This document shows positions 1-10,589 of a stretch of 64,000 nt of DNA, one piece after another. Position 1 is the first letter of the stretch, and the number at the start of each line of letters is the position of its first letter. The DNA lies in assembly GCA_000004985.1 (NCBI GenBank), contig GG738904.1. One strand, written 5' to 3'. Under the pieces are notes generated by a model, which worked only from the letters and a program-made list of their open reading frames with translations, did not search any database and had not been told where the DNA came from. The DNA comes from Naegleria gruberi. Its lineage: Eukaryota. The position numbers and the translations under genes were made by a program.

Positions 1-1
1 C

Positions 2-292
2 GAGAAAAAGAGAAAGTATGTAAGAAAAAAGCCAGTTTCTGCATCTGTACAAATAATTGAAAAGGAAGAATTTTTATCCCCTTCTCTGTGTGGAAAGAGA
101 AATTCAGAACATGTAAATTACCAATCCAATCCATCCAATAATACTGAACTTTCACCATCCGCCAATTCCACCTCTACCACTCATTGTAATCTACCTAGAA
201 TTTCATTTGATTCTCTCAACCTTTCTCCACCTCAATCATTTATTCCCTCAAAGAGAAGAACCTCAATCTCAATAGCCGAGTTATTAAATTAA
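2..292 (+). CDS. 3' terminal part (C-terminal ~96 aa) of a gene whose start lies upstream of the window; Ser/Asn/Thr-rich low-complexity tail ending ...SKRRTSISIAELLN*
   Basis: The frame is open from position 2 to the TAA at 290-292 and contains no Met. Sense-strand codon usage matches neighbouring genes. No recognisable domain. Confidence 0.35.
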   Translation, partial: EKKRKYVRKKPVSASVQIIEKEEFLSPSLCGKRNSEHVNYQSNPSNNTELSPSANSTSTTHCNLPRISFDSLNLSPPQSFIPSKRRTSISIAELLN

Positions 293-423
293 AATCTATT
301 TTTTTCATTGTCAATTCTAAAACTCAATCAATATTTGAAAAACCAATCAATTTTCCATCTTTCTTTAAAAAATTTATTTCTAACAAGTTAAGGAAAATTG
401 AACAAAATTTATAAAAACAAAAA

Positions 424-1803
424 ATGGCCGAACAACCAGAGAATGTTAGCTTGTTGGATTTTTCTAAAAAGAACACTGAACAAGTTCAAACATCAATAGA
501 TAATGCATCGTATCATCGGAAGGAAATTAAACCCTATGAAGGAGAGGATATTAATATTTTGGAGGATGTAATGGAATATATTAATAACAAAACATCACCC
601 ATTACAAGTGGTACCACAAAATTTAATCATCATCATCAACAAGAACAACAATTAGATGACTCGAGTGGTACTAGTAATATTCGCACGAAAACAAAAATAT
701 CAACACTAGGAGAATTGTATGAAAAGATGAAACAAAGTGATACTGTGCAATATGGATTGGCAGGTGTTATAAGTGGTATGTTTCTCTTCATCTTCATATG
801 AAGTCAATTATTTCCGATCCTCAGGACTGTGTACTGCTACAGCTACTCAACCTCTAGATTGTGCCAAGACTAGAATTCAAGTCTTTAAACGATTAAATAT
901 GGAACTCCCTACAACAAGTTGTACATCACAGGGAGTTTATCAGAAAATTATGAATTCTAAATCAATAGCAATGCTTTCTAGTATTTATAGGAATGAAGGA
1001 TGGAAGGCTCTATATCGGTAAGTCATTTGATGATGGAATTTAAATGGATGACCAGAAATCAAACAGAGGTTTACCACCGTCTCTTCTTTCATCGTGTGTT
1101 TCAATGTCAATTTTCTTCCCTATTTATGAAATTTGTAGAAAGAGATTTTCAGAATCATTCGGAACTGAAACGTGGCATCCTAAAGTAATTGTTCCTGCAG
1201 TTTTATCTGCTTGGGCTTTTTCATCAGTACTAGTTTCTCCAATTTCACTTGTAAAAGTAAGATTACAAACATCATCAACAATTTCTCTTTATTCCGAATC
1301 AAATCCTTCGACAACCTTTTTACAAGTAATTAAAAGCATTTACAAAAACGAAGGATTGTCTGGATTTTATGCTGGTTACAGGTAGGTTTTCCATTTCAAC
1401 AATTTGTGACAATATTCTAAATTACAGAGGAGTTGCAATTTCTGCTACTGTATTTTGTTTATACTTTTCAATTTACGAGCCGTTGAAATTATATTGTGTA
1501 AATACTATGAACTTACCATACCTTGCTGTTGTACCAGTACTTTCACCTCTTACAATGATTGCTGTTTCAACATTGACTTATCCAAATGATTTAATTATTA
1601 GTAATCTTCAATTCCAAGGAAAGAAAAGTGCTGGAGGTGTGCATTACAATGGATGGGTTGATGCTTTCAAATCAATTTACAAATCTGGAGGTGTTAGGGC
1701 TCTTTACAGTGGTCTTAATACATATTTACTGAGATTCTGTTTGGGTACCATTGTTACACAAACAAGTTACGAAACCATTTTAAGGTTAATGGATAAACGA
1801 TAA
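424..1803 (+). CDS. Mitochondrial carrier family (SLC25) protein with an N-terminal ~110-aa extension; 4 exons (424..775, 825..1017, 1067..1381, 1428..1803)
   Basis: Carrier signature motifs PLDCAKTRIQV and PISLVKVRLQ (P-x-D/E-x-x-K/R-x-R/K-x-Q) with three-fold repeat organisation. ORFs 424, 773, 1044 and 1369 join in frame through three introns of 49, 49 and 46 nt (GTATGT..CAG, GTAAGT..CAG, GTAGGT..CAG). Confidence 0.85.
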
Positions 1804-2012
1804 ACTTTTTGCTCAATAACAAGTGGGCAAATTTTGTAGTCATTTGACATCGTTCAAAAAGTGGAAAATTATAATGATTGAAATTGCTTTCGGGTTTTTG
1901 AATCCGATGTTTCCTCCATTCCAGTATTATTCGTTTGTTTATTATTTAATAATATTGAGCACAGGATATTTCACCCTAATAATAAGTTTTCAAATAAAAA
2001 TAATAAGAAAAA

Positions 2013-3119
2013 ATGCAAAAATCAAAATTATTGATTAGCTTGTTTTGTTTGATGGTGCTTTTTGCACTCTTTGTTCAAGCTGATGGATCGTCGGGTGTTG
2101 TTCTCGAATTAAATACACAAAATTTTGAAACCACCATACAATCAAATCCACAAAAAGTTTTCTTTATTAAATTCTTTGCTCCATGGTGTGGTCATTGTAA
2201 AAGATTGGCTGGCACTTGGTCCGAATTAGCCAAAGAACTTGAGGATTCATCTGTTCCACACTTCCAAAATGTTCAATTAGCAAAGGTTAACTGTGATGAA
2301 CATCCAGATATTCGTAGAAAATATTCTATCAGAGGATATCCAACACTTGTTTTATTTGTTGGTGGAAAGCCTGTTACTGAATATTATGGTTATAGAACAG
2401 TTCCAAAATTCAAATCATTTTTGGATGATGTCTTTTCATCAGCTAAGAGTTCTGGATCTGTTGATCAAGTAACTGAAGTTGAATTGGAATCCAAAATTAA
2501 GAATCAAAACAGAGCTTGGACTGTCATGTTTTACAATTCCGAATCAGCTCAAACTAAACAATTTGACTCAAACTTCCAACAACTTGCTACCAATAATAAG
2601 GATACAAATAATTTCTTTGCCAAGATTGATTGTAATCAAGAAAAGGAGTTATGTACAAAGAGATTAACTATTGATCTTACTAATGGTCCTCAATTCGTCA
2701 TCTTTACTGGATCTGATAAGATGATGTCACAATTCAAGGAACAACCATCTGTAGAATCACTCCAAAAATTCATCACCAGTGGACATGTTAGTAGTAAGGT
2801 TCAAATTCCAGGACCAGTTGATAATACACCAACTATTCTTCACTTTTTGAATGACCATCCATATATTAGTATTGGTGTTGTTACCATGTTCTGTATTGCT
2901 ATTTGTGGTATCTTTTTGGCAATTCTCTGCATGTCTGATGATTCTGAAAAGAAAGGCAAGACTGAACCAGCTGAAAATACTGAAAATACTCAAACCAATC
3001 CAGCCAATAACTTTGATGTTTCCAGTGATGAAGAAGGTGACAAGGTTGTTGAAGCAACATCCAATGAAACTGCTCCATCCAATTTGAAGAAGAGAAATTT
3101 GAGTTCCAACAATGAATAA
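2013..3119 (+). CDS. Protein disulfide isomerase family / thioredoxin-related transmembrane protein (TMX-like)
   Basis: Signal peptide, thioredoxin active site FFAPWCGHCK, a second thioredoxin-like domain without CXXC, one C-terminal TM helix (ISIGVVTMFCIAICGIFLAILCM), and an acidic cytosolic tail. Confidence 0.85.
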   Translation: MQKSKLLISLFCLMVLFALFVQADGSSGVVLELNTQNFETTIQSNPQKVFFIKFFAPWCGHCKRLAGTWSELAKELEDSSVPHFQNVQLAKVNCDEHPDIRRKYSIRGYPTLVLFVGGKPVTEYYGYRTVPKFKSFLDDVFSSAKSSGSVDQVTEVELESKIKNQNRAWTVMFYNSESAQTKQFDSNFQQLATNNKDTNNFFAKIDCNQEKELCTKRLTIDLTNGPQFVIFTGSDKMMSQFKEQPSVESLQKFITSGHVSSKVQIPGPVDNTPTILHFLNDHPYISIGVVTMFCIAICGIFLAILCMSDDSEKKGKTEPAENTENTQTNPANNFDVSSDEEGDKVVEATSNETAPSNLKKRNLSSNNE

Positions 3120-3399
3120 ACCTAATTAAATTATTTAAAAATTTTAATTAACCAGAAACCTCTTTATCAATACAACCTAATATATTGTATTAAATATGCA
3201 ATTCAATATCCAATCCATGAGTACCACAAATTAATTTATTGAAATAATTTTCAATGTTTATCTGTGGACAACAAACTTTAATAGGTAACGACACCAAAAA
3301 AAAATTCACAACATTTTGAAACGCAAAGGAAATTTTCCCTTTCATTTCGTTTGCTAACAACCCACACATAACAAGAAGAGAGGAATTGAATAATACAAG

Positions 3400-5454
3400 A
3401 TGATTCGCTCGGATTTGTTTTATACAGAGGAACAAACACCATCCTCTTCTATCAATATGGTGGATGATGATGTATTATTTTCATCAGCAGCAACAGACTC
3501 GTCATCTCATCATCAGCCTCCTAATCAGGACCCTAATGCTCCAATCGATATGAATATTTGGATGCTATCCGTTGNNNNNNNNNNNNNNNNNNNNNNNNNN
3601 NNNNNNNNNNNNNNNNNNNNNNNNAATTATTGTTAGGTATTTAGTGTTGGGTAAAAAACATTGATTAATTTATTCGATCCTGAGGAATACTTTTATTTGA
3701 GATTGTTTATCTGGGTTACTTATAATTTATGTTTTATAATGTTTGCACTTGTGTTGACTGCTCTAGTTGCTCCATCTGCTGAAGGATCTGGTTTGGCAGG
3801 TATTAAAGCTATTTTGAATGGTGTCAGAGGTTTAAAGGATGTTCTAAGTATGAAGACAATGATTGTGAAATATTTATCATTACCTGCAGTCCTTACAGCT
3901 GGTTTATATATCGGTAAAATGGGTCCTTCCATTCACATTGTCACTTGTGCTGCTAAGAATTTACTGAAATTTAGATTATTCGAGTCCATAAGAAAAACCA
4001 AAACTCTGAAACAAGAAATGATTGTATGTGGTATTGCTGTCGGTTGTGCAGCTAACGATGGTGCTGTCGTGGGAGGTGTATTGTTTGGAGCAGAGTTAGT
4101 TGGTACCTATTATTCTTTGAGAAACTATTTCAAGAGTTTTTATGCAGCTTTTATTGCCTGCATGACTTCTCGTTTATTGCACAGTGCTGTCAATTTGAAT
4201 ATCAAACCATTCTTGACATGGAATGTTAAGATTGTTCCTCCATCTTTCACTCTTCCAGAATTATTTTTCATGCTTTTTGTTGCCATTGTAATGTCTTTTG
4301 TTGGTATTGCAGTAGTCTTTGTCAATGAACAATTGCTTGTTTTGAGAGATAAATATGGTAAATTGCATCTTGGACCTTTCAAGTTTGCCAAGTATGCCAC
4401 TAACAAATTGGTAATTTTAACAGAAAACAGAATTATTTTCACAATTATTATTACTCTCGTTACTAGTTTCCTTTCATTCCCTCAAATGATTGGTAAATAT
4501 ATGAGTATTGGTGGTGTGCCTATTTTCGAAGAATTATTAATGGCAAAACCTTTAACAACAGTGAATGGCGCTAAGGGAGAATGGATTCAAGGAAATATTT
4601 CAGAAGTATTTATTACAATTTCTATATTTATTACTGTCAGATACATTTTGGCAATTCTTACAACAGTTTTGCCTGTTTCTGGTGGTTCATATTTGCAATT
4701 GTTGATTATTGGAGCTTCATTTGGTAGACTTGTAGGTGAAGGTCTTGCCTTTATTTTACCTGATGGTTTTAGTCCAAACCATCCGATTGTTCCAGCCAGT
4801 TATGGTCTTGTTGCTGCTGCTGCTTTGACTAGTTCACAAACGCAGGCCTTCAGTTCTGTATTTATTCTGCTAGAATTAACAGGTCATGGTGTTCACTTAC
4901 CTGCATTGGGAGCATCCTATATTGGAGTTGTTATTTCCAGATGGTTGTCTTACAGTGCCTATGACTTTGTTATCAAGTTTAGAAAATGGCCAGCTGTCCT
5001 TGAATCAACAACTGACTCTGACGATATTAGAGTTAAATACGTCATGCAATATGTTGATAGTTTGCCAATTTTGGAAGAAAAGGCAAGCTTGAGAAAGATT
5101 GGAGAATTTTTGGAAAAGCCAGATTTGGCCAAGACTATTCCAATTGTTAATAATAAGAGTGATTTACTTCTTGTTGGTTGTGTCAATACTAAGAAATTAC
5201 AAGATTATTACAATACTATGAAACCAACTCTTGAAGGCAATCCTGACTATGATACAGAAATTGAAATTGAAAAGAATACTTGTCCAATTACCATTTCTGA
5301 AGATACACCTCTCGTTTTAGCTCACTTACTCTTCTCCAAATTGAATTTGGATGACGTGTTCGTTGTTTGGAGAGGTCGTTTAATTGGTCAAGTTCAAAAG
5401 TCTAGTATTATTGCTGAGCTTACTGATAGAAATGCTGGTTTTGGTGATGCTTAA
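3400..5454 (+). CDS. CLC-family voltage-gated chloride channel/transporter with C-terminal CBS domains; N-terminal region interrupted by an assembly gap
   Basis: ORF 3661..5454 carries CLC motifs: GSGLAGIKAIL (GSGIPE-like), GKMGPSIHI (GKEGP-like), and PVSGGSYLQLLIIGASFGRLVGE (GxFxP block), followed by a CBS-like C-terminus. ORF 3400..3584 (acidic/Ser-rich) runs directly into the N-run and is probably the cytosolic N-terminus. Confidence 0.75.
3585..3624. other. Assembly gap (40 N)
   Basis: A run of 40 'n' characters. Confidence 0.99.
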
Positions 5455-5559
5455 ACAATTTACTTGATTTTTATTAATTTATTAAAATATTAAATTTAAT
5501 CCACCTCACATTTAATATTATTTCATCGTCACACAATAAAAATAATAATATTAAAAAAA

Positions 5560-6282
5560 ATGCTTCCATCATCATCGATAAGAAAATTTGTTCCGATCTG
5601 TTTATTGTTGATCATTAGTATTAATTTATTAATTACATCATTGAATGGACATAAAATCGGAGACGCCATTCCAATGTTAAAAAAGATACAATTTAATGAG
5701 AAGAGAACTGAATGGAGTGAGGTGCCATATGGAGATGCTCCAAGATATGGAATTCCAAAAAAGATCACAATCACTGGTGTTGCTGCTATTTTAGAAGCCT
5801 TCCTTGAAACACCAAAGTCTCCAGCTGGTACCGATAAATATTATGAGGAATTAATTGCTCAATCAAAGGATGATTTAAAGCTTTCATTTGCTTTCCATCA
5901 CCCTAATTTTGAAACTCCTTGGATCACACTCTTTTCAAAGGGTACTCCCGATGAGGTTACTAGCAAGAACAGTTATCACTTTTTGAAGCAAATTGATTTT
6001 ATGTTCCTTTATCATGGAGATACTATTTTGGAAATTAAACACTCTTTGGAATGTATGTATTTGTAGTATTTTCATAATTGATTAATTGATTAATTAGATT
6101 ATGATGAAGAAGATGAAGCCTCTAACCGTCCATCAACAATCAATAACGATATTGTTGTTAATTATTATTGGAAAGAAGTTGTGGAAAAGGATACATCTGC
6201 TGGATTAACATTCCTCTATGTGATTTCATTCATTTTTGGATCTATTATTATGATTACAGGAGTTAGCCACATTGGATTCTAA
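5560..6282 (+). CDS. Hypothetical secreted / type-I membrane protein with signal peptide and C-terminal TM segment; 2 exons (5560..6052, 6098..6282)
   Basis: N-terminal signal peptide (LLLIISINLLITSLNG). A 45-nt intron GTATGTATTTG...TTAATTAG (6053..6097) joins the ORF in phase 1 to a downstream open frame ending in the hydrophobic segment GLTFLYVISFIFGSIIMITGV. No recognisable domain. Confidence 0.45.
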
Positions 6283-6344
6283 TAAATTCGCCACATTCAT
6301 CATTGTATAAATTAGAAATAGTTTTAAGGTTTATTTATCAGTAT

Positions 6345-9167
6345 TTACAAAGTGAGGACAACAGCATCAATTTCCTTACAGAATGTGTGGTAATCAATAT
6401 CGCCTCTTTCATCTTCGTAATGCTTTTGTAACACTCTGAGTTCCTTGTCATTCAAGTGGAACTTTAAGAAATCGAGAATAGAAGCAAATTGAGTTTTGGT
6501 AACACGAAGTTTTCTCAGCTTGTCATAGTCTTGGAAGTAGGCAGTTAAAATTTGTTGCATAACAGCAGCCTTAGTGGCAACCTTTTTAAGGATTGCATTC
6601 AATTCATTACCATCTACTTCGTTTGAGATTTCTGGAATATGAGATTTAAGAGGATAGCTTGGACGAGCTTGGAATGATTCTGCAGTCTTTGTTGGGAATT
6701 TTTCAAGTCTATTTTCAACAAAAGCTCTATCAACTTCTTCACAAAGTGATGTATAACTTATCAAATCTGGGTGAGCATCAACCTTGTAATAATCTTCCAA
6801 CAATTGAATTTCTTGTTCTGAAAGATTCAATTTAGCCATGCTAAGAGCAGTTCTAAACTTTGCCTTTGGAACGACATTGTGTCTCAATTTATCAAAATCA
6901 GCAAAGAATTCTTTCAATCTGGTTCTACTCTTAACAATATCAGACGTGGCCTTATAGATAACATTTGATATCTCTGTAGGAATTTGTTTTGGCACATCAG
7001 GGTTAATAAAGTTTTGAGAAACGGCCAACTCTAATTCCTTTACATAGACAGATTGATGGGTTCTGTCAACACGTTCATTCTTATCGACATCTTGAATAAA
7101 CTTGAAATAGTTTACATAGCCTGAAGTTGGTTCAAAATAGGCATTTTGAAGTAACCTGTAGTCTTCTTGGGTGAGGAAATTAAAAAGCTTATCAAGACAC
7201 TGTATAAACTGTGTTTCGCTTATTTTTCCTCTTCTTAACTTATCAAAATCTTCGAAATTTACTTTCATAGCAATACCTCTTGTCTTCACTGCATATTGAA
7301 GTTTGCCAAGTAACTCATCGAGCTTGTCCTCCATTGGTGTGTATGCTTTTTGTGGACCACGTTTTTGCATGGAATTTAAAGTAAAATCGAGAGGAGAAAC
7401 CAATTCTTTGGTTGGAACCTTTTCTAAATTCTTTTCAGTAATTACACTGTTAATTGTGTCACAAAACTTTCTATAGTTAACAAATCCTTTCTTCGTTGGA
7501 CTCTTAAATTCTGAAATGAGTTGTTCGTTCTCCTTATCTGTCATATCAATACCTCCCATATTTAAAGCACTTCTGAATTGTTTCTCTGTAATTTCATGAC
7601 TTCTAAGAGGGTCAAAATCTCTCATAAACTCTTCCAATCTTATTCTATTAACAAGGGACTTGAACGAAATATCCTCAAGTAATTCATCTAGCTCCTTTTC
7701 TCCCTTTGGACCTCTCTCCTTCTTTGGGAGATTACCAATAAGTTTAACATCATAGTCACGAGTATTAAAGTTACTATTTTGCAAAATTTCATCAACATCC
7801 TCGAGGAACATTTTGTAGTTTACATCTCCCTTACCAAGATCGTCATATTTTTCTTCAAGAATAGTATATTCATCTTGAGTTAAATTGATACCAGACATGT
7901 GAAGGGCTCTCTCGAATCTGGCCCTTGTAACGTGATCGGTGGAGTAGGTACCCTTCTTTGTTTTATCAAAATCTTGGAAGAATGGTTTCATGAAAACTCT
8001 TCTGTTGCTTACAATCTCACTGACCTTGTTAATAACATCGTTACATTTTTCTTCCTTTTCGCTCTCTAAATTCTTTCTATTAAGCTTGACAATATTGTTT
8101 TGTTGATGGAATTTCTTAGTTGGAAATTTTTCCAATCCCTTATCATTGAAAACAGAGTAAACATTATTCAAGAACTCTTGATATGATACTCTGGACTCGG
8201 AGTGATGATCTTCAGTTCTGTACTTTTCAGCCAACATGTCGAGCTGTGTTTGATTGAAAGCCATTTTGTGGAACTTTATGGCACCTAGTGTGGACATGAA
8301 TTGAGCTTTAGTGATAAAGCCAGTTCTTAATCTGTCAAAATCACGGAAAGATTCATCCAATTTAATTCTATATTTGATCAAAGCCTTTTTGATTTCCTTT
8401 TCAATTTCATCGACTTGTTCCTCAATTGAAGGGGTTGCTCTTTCGAATCTATAATCAGGATAGTCATCTATTTTAATTTCATTTTCAATTTCTTCATGGA
8501 ATCGGAGATAATTGATATCCCCTTTTTCATCTACATATCTATCAAGAATCAAGTGCAATTCTTCAGCATTCAGGTTTCTGAAAGGAATACATTGCAAAAA
8601 TTGAGATCTAGTAACAGCTCCATGATTAAGAGGATCAAAGTCCTTGAAGTAATTCTTAATAATATGGCCTTGAGTTTTGGCTTCCCATCTCAATTTTTCG
8701 TATAGAATATTTAATTCTTCAGTGGCTGAGAGTTGTGGTTTCTGTGATTTTAATAATTCTGTAGAGTTGAGAGTTTCCAATTTAGGATCTTTTTCCATTC
8801 CTTTGAGGGTAAATACTATTAAATGGTGTTATTAAAGATGTACATGTTATTGGATCAACATACCTTTATCGATTTCAGTAGCAAATTGAATATAATTCAC
8901 CTTATTGACGCTCGAATCAATAAACCTCGAAACAAGTTTATCAAAATCAGCATCCTTTAATTCCATTCCGAAAGAACTCAAACATCTTCTAAATTGAGGG
9001 ATTGATACAAATCCTGATCTCAATTTATCAAAGTCAATAAAAAACTCATTAATTCTTAGTCTTTTCTGCAAACACAATGTCCTGATAGTGTCCAACAATC
9101 CCTCTACACTAACATTCTTGCCTGATGAGAGTAACATTTTTTTTACTTTACGTAAATTAAAATTCAA
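6345..9167 (-). CDS. EF-hand-like tandem-repeat protein, about 920 aa, with 9 repeats of ~95 aa each carrying a degenerate Ca-binding loop D[FY]D.L..G.[IV][TS]..QF; 2 exons (9167..8847, 8798..6345)
   Basis: The repeats show recurring DFDKLR.G.V...QF ... VNY.KF..DVD motifs. ORFs 8847..9167 and 6345..8798 are joined by a 48-nt intron on the minus strand (GTATGTTG...TTTAATAG, plus coordinates 8799..8846). Confidence 0.7.
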
Positions 9168-9170
9168 AAC

Positions 9171-9182
9171 TTTTGGCGGGAA
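9171..9182 (+). promoter_or_regulatory. E2F-like site TTTTGGCGGGAA immediately upstream of the EF-hand repeat gene start (9167, minus strand)
   Basis: A canonical E2F consensus (TTTSGCGS). It is a GC-rich island in a >80% AT context. Confidence 0.4.
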
Positions 9183-9252
9183 CGAGTAATACAGTTATCG
9201 TTACGTTGATATCAAACCCCATCAACCTAATTTTAGTAATTTAAATTTGTTA

Positions 9253-9538
9253 TTATTGCTTTGGTGAGGTGAGAATGGATGAAATTCGATACATGTAATA
9301 ATAAAAAGCCATTATTCCTAGAACAAATAAGATAATTATCACTGTGGTCTTGTTCCGAAGTCCAATAGTTAATTAGTAATTTTGTTCAACTTGTACCTAC
9401 AGCAATATTCAACCATTTATCATAAGCTTCCGAAGATGATGAATCAGCATCTGCATGTTTTTCTCTGGCTAATGGTGCTGATTTGGAAGAAGAATCTTTC
9501 AATGATGTACTAGTATTTCGTCTATTTAATTCTTGCAT
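9253..9538 (-). CDS. Possible small tail-anchored membrane protein (~78 aa): Ser-rich N-terminus, a 51-nt intron, and a C-terminal TM helix VIIILFVLGIMAFYYYMY
   Basis: ATG at 9538 (minus strand) gives MQELNRRNTSTS...WLNIA, followed by GTAGGT...GAACAAG and then TTVIIILFVLGIMAFYYYMYRISSILTSPKQ*. It is below the ORF-track size cut-off and lies very close to the stop of the neighbouring kinase gene. Speculative. Confidence 0.2.
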
Positions 9539-9558
9539 TTTTTTACAATATTTTAAAT

Positions 9559-10362
9559 TCAATATCTAGAATCCTGCTCTGATAACAGTGTGTAGAGGAA
9601 TTTAAAGTCCTTTTCATTCTTCAATTTGTTAAAATCAGAAATAATACCATCGCCATTAGGTCCATCATTGGTTGCAACTCTATGTCTTGCCAATTCTTCA
9701 GTATTTCCAGTTCCGATATGTCTCTTGACAACTCTTTCCATTGCCTTAATTCAATATGAGATTTGAGATTGACATTAAATTACCTACCTCTTCCTTAGTT
9801 TGAGTATGGATATAAATCAAAATGTCAAACAATGGTGTGACATTTGGCCAAGTTGCCAAATAATTTCCTTCCACAATTATAATTGATTGATTGGCTTCTA
9901 CATGAATATCATCTTCAATGGGATCTCCAACACCATGATCAAAGGAAGGAGCACTCACTTTCTGATTAGGTGAATGTTTAATATTTTCCAATAAGTTTTT
10001 AAAAGCCAAATCATTAAAAGTAAATGGAGCTCCTCTATTAAATTAAATATTAATTATTAAATTAATAATTAAATAATTAATATTTACCTTCTACTGTGAG
10101 CATGTTTAGGATCTTCCATCATATCCAATTCCCTCCTATAATAATGAAATCCATCCATAGGAACGACCTGACAATTAATCTTCAACTCTTCAGTCAAATA
10201 CTTTTTCATATCCTGACAAACACTTGTCTTCCCTGAACCAGGTGTTCCAAAAATTCCAATTAATAATCGTTGTTTAATTTCCGATGGTTTTTGTTGTGAA
10301 AATTCCACCAATTGATGATCTTTGTTGATTTGATCCAAGAGTCCTTTAACCTTTTGCTCCAT
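9559..10362 (-). CDS. P-loop kinase of the phosphoribulokinase/uridine kinase family (YFH7-like); about 3 exons
   Basis: Walker A GIFGTPGSGKTSV, then VVPMDGFHYYR, RRGAPFTFND, SFDHGVGDP and IIIVEGNYL. ORFs 10084..10362, 9746..10009 and 9559..9741 join through minus-strand introns of ~53 and ~43 nt (GTAAAT...TTTAATAG and GTAGGTAATT...ATTAAG). Confidence 0.65.
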
Positions 10363-10431
10363 TTTTCTTTATTGACAGCGTATTATTGAAAATTAACAAT
10401 AAGCAAAAACAAAGACAATCCTGATTTTGTC

Positions 10432-10460
10432 TTGGCGCCAATTTTGTTTTTCGCGCCAAA
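10432..10460 (+). promoter_or_regulatory. Tandem palindromic E2F-like sites TTGGCGCCAA and TTTTCGCGCCAAA in the bidirectional promoter between the P-loop kinase (minus strand) and the Sfi1-like gene (plus strand)
   Basis: Two CGCGCC/GGCGCC cores 16 nt apart, within 70-130 nt of both start codons. Confidence 0.45.
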
Positions 10461-10589
10461 TTGTTACATTTATTTTTCAACTCTAAAAACAAATGCACAA
10501 CATCTAGGATCTTTATCATCAAATTAATATTTTAAAGAATTCAGTGATTGTATTGAGGACAACTAATTAATATTATTCAGAGCATAACA

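Noticed and set aside
1-65. A possible 49-nt intron (GTATGT...AAAAG) at the very start of the window
   Set aside because: After correcting the reading frame, the sequence is open from position 2 to the stop at 290-292 without splicing, so an intron is not required.
773-1803. ORFs 773..1021, 1000..1188, 1044..1385 and 1369..1803 as separate genes
   Set aside because: They are exons (or intron read-through artefacts) of a single mitochondrial carrier gene, joined by three 46-49-nt introns.
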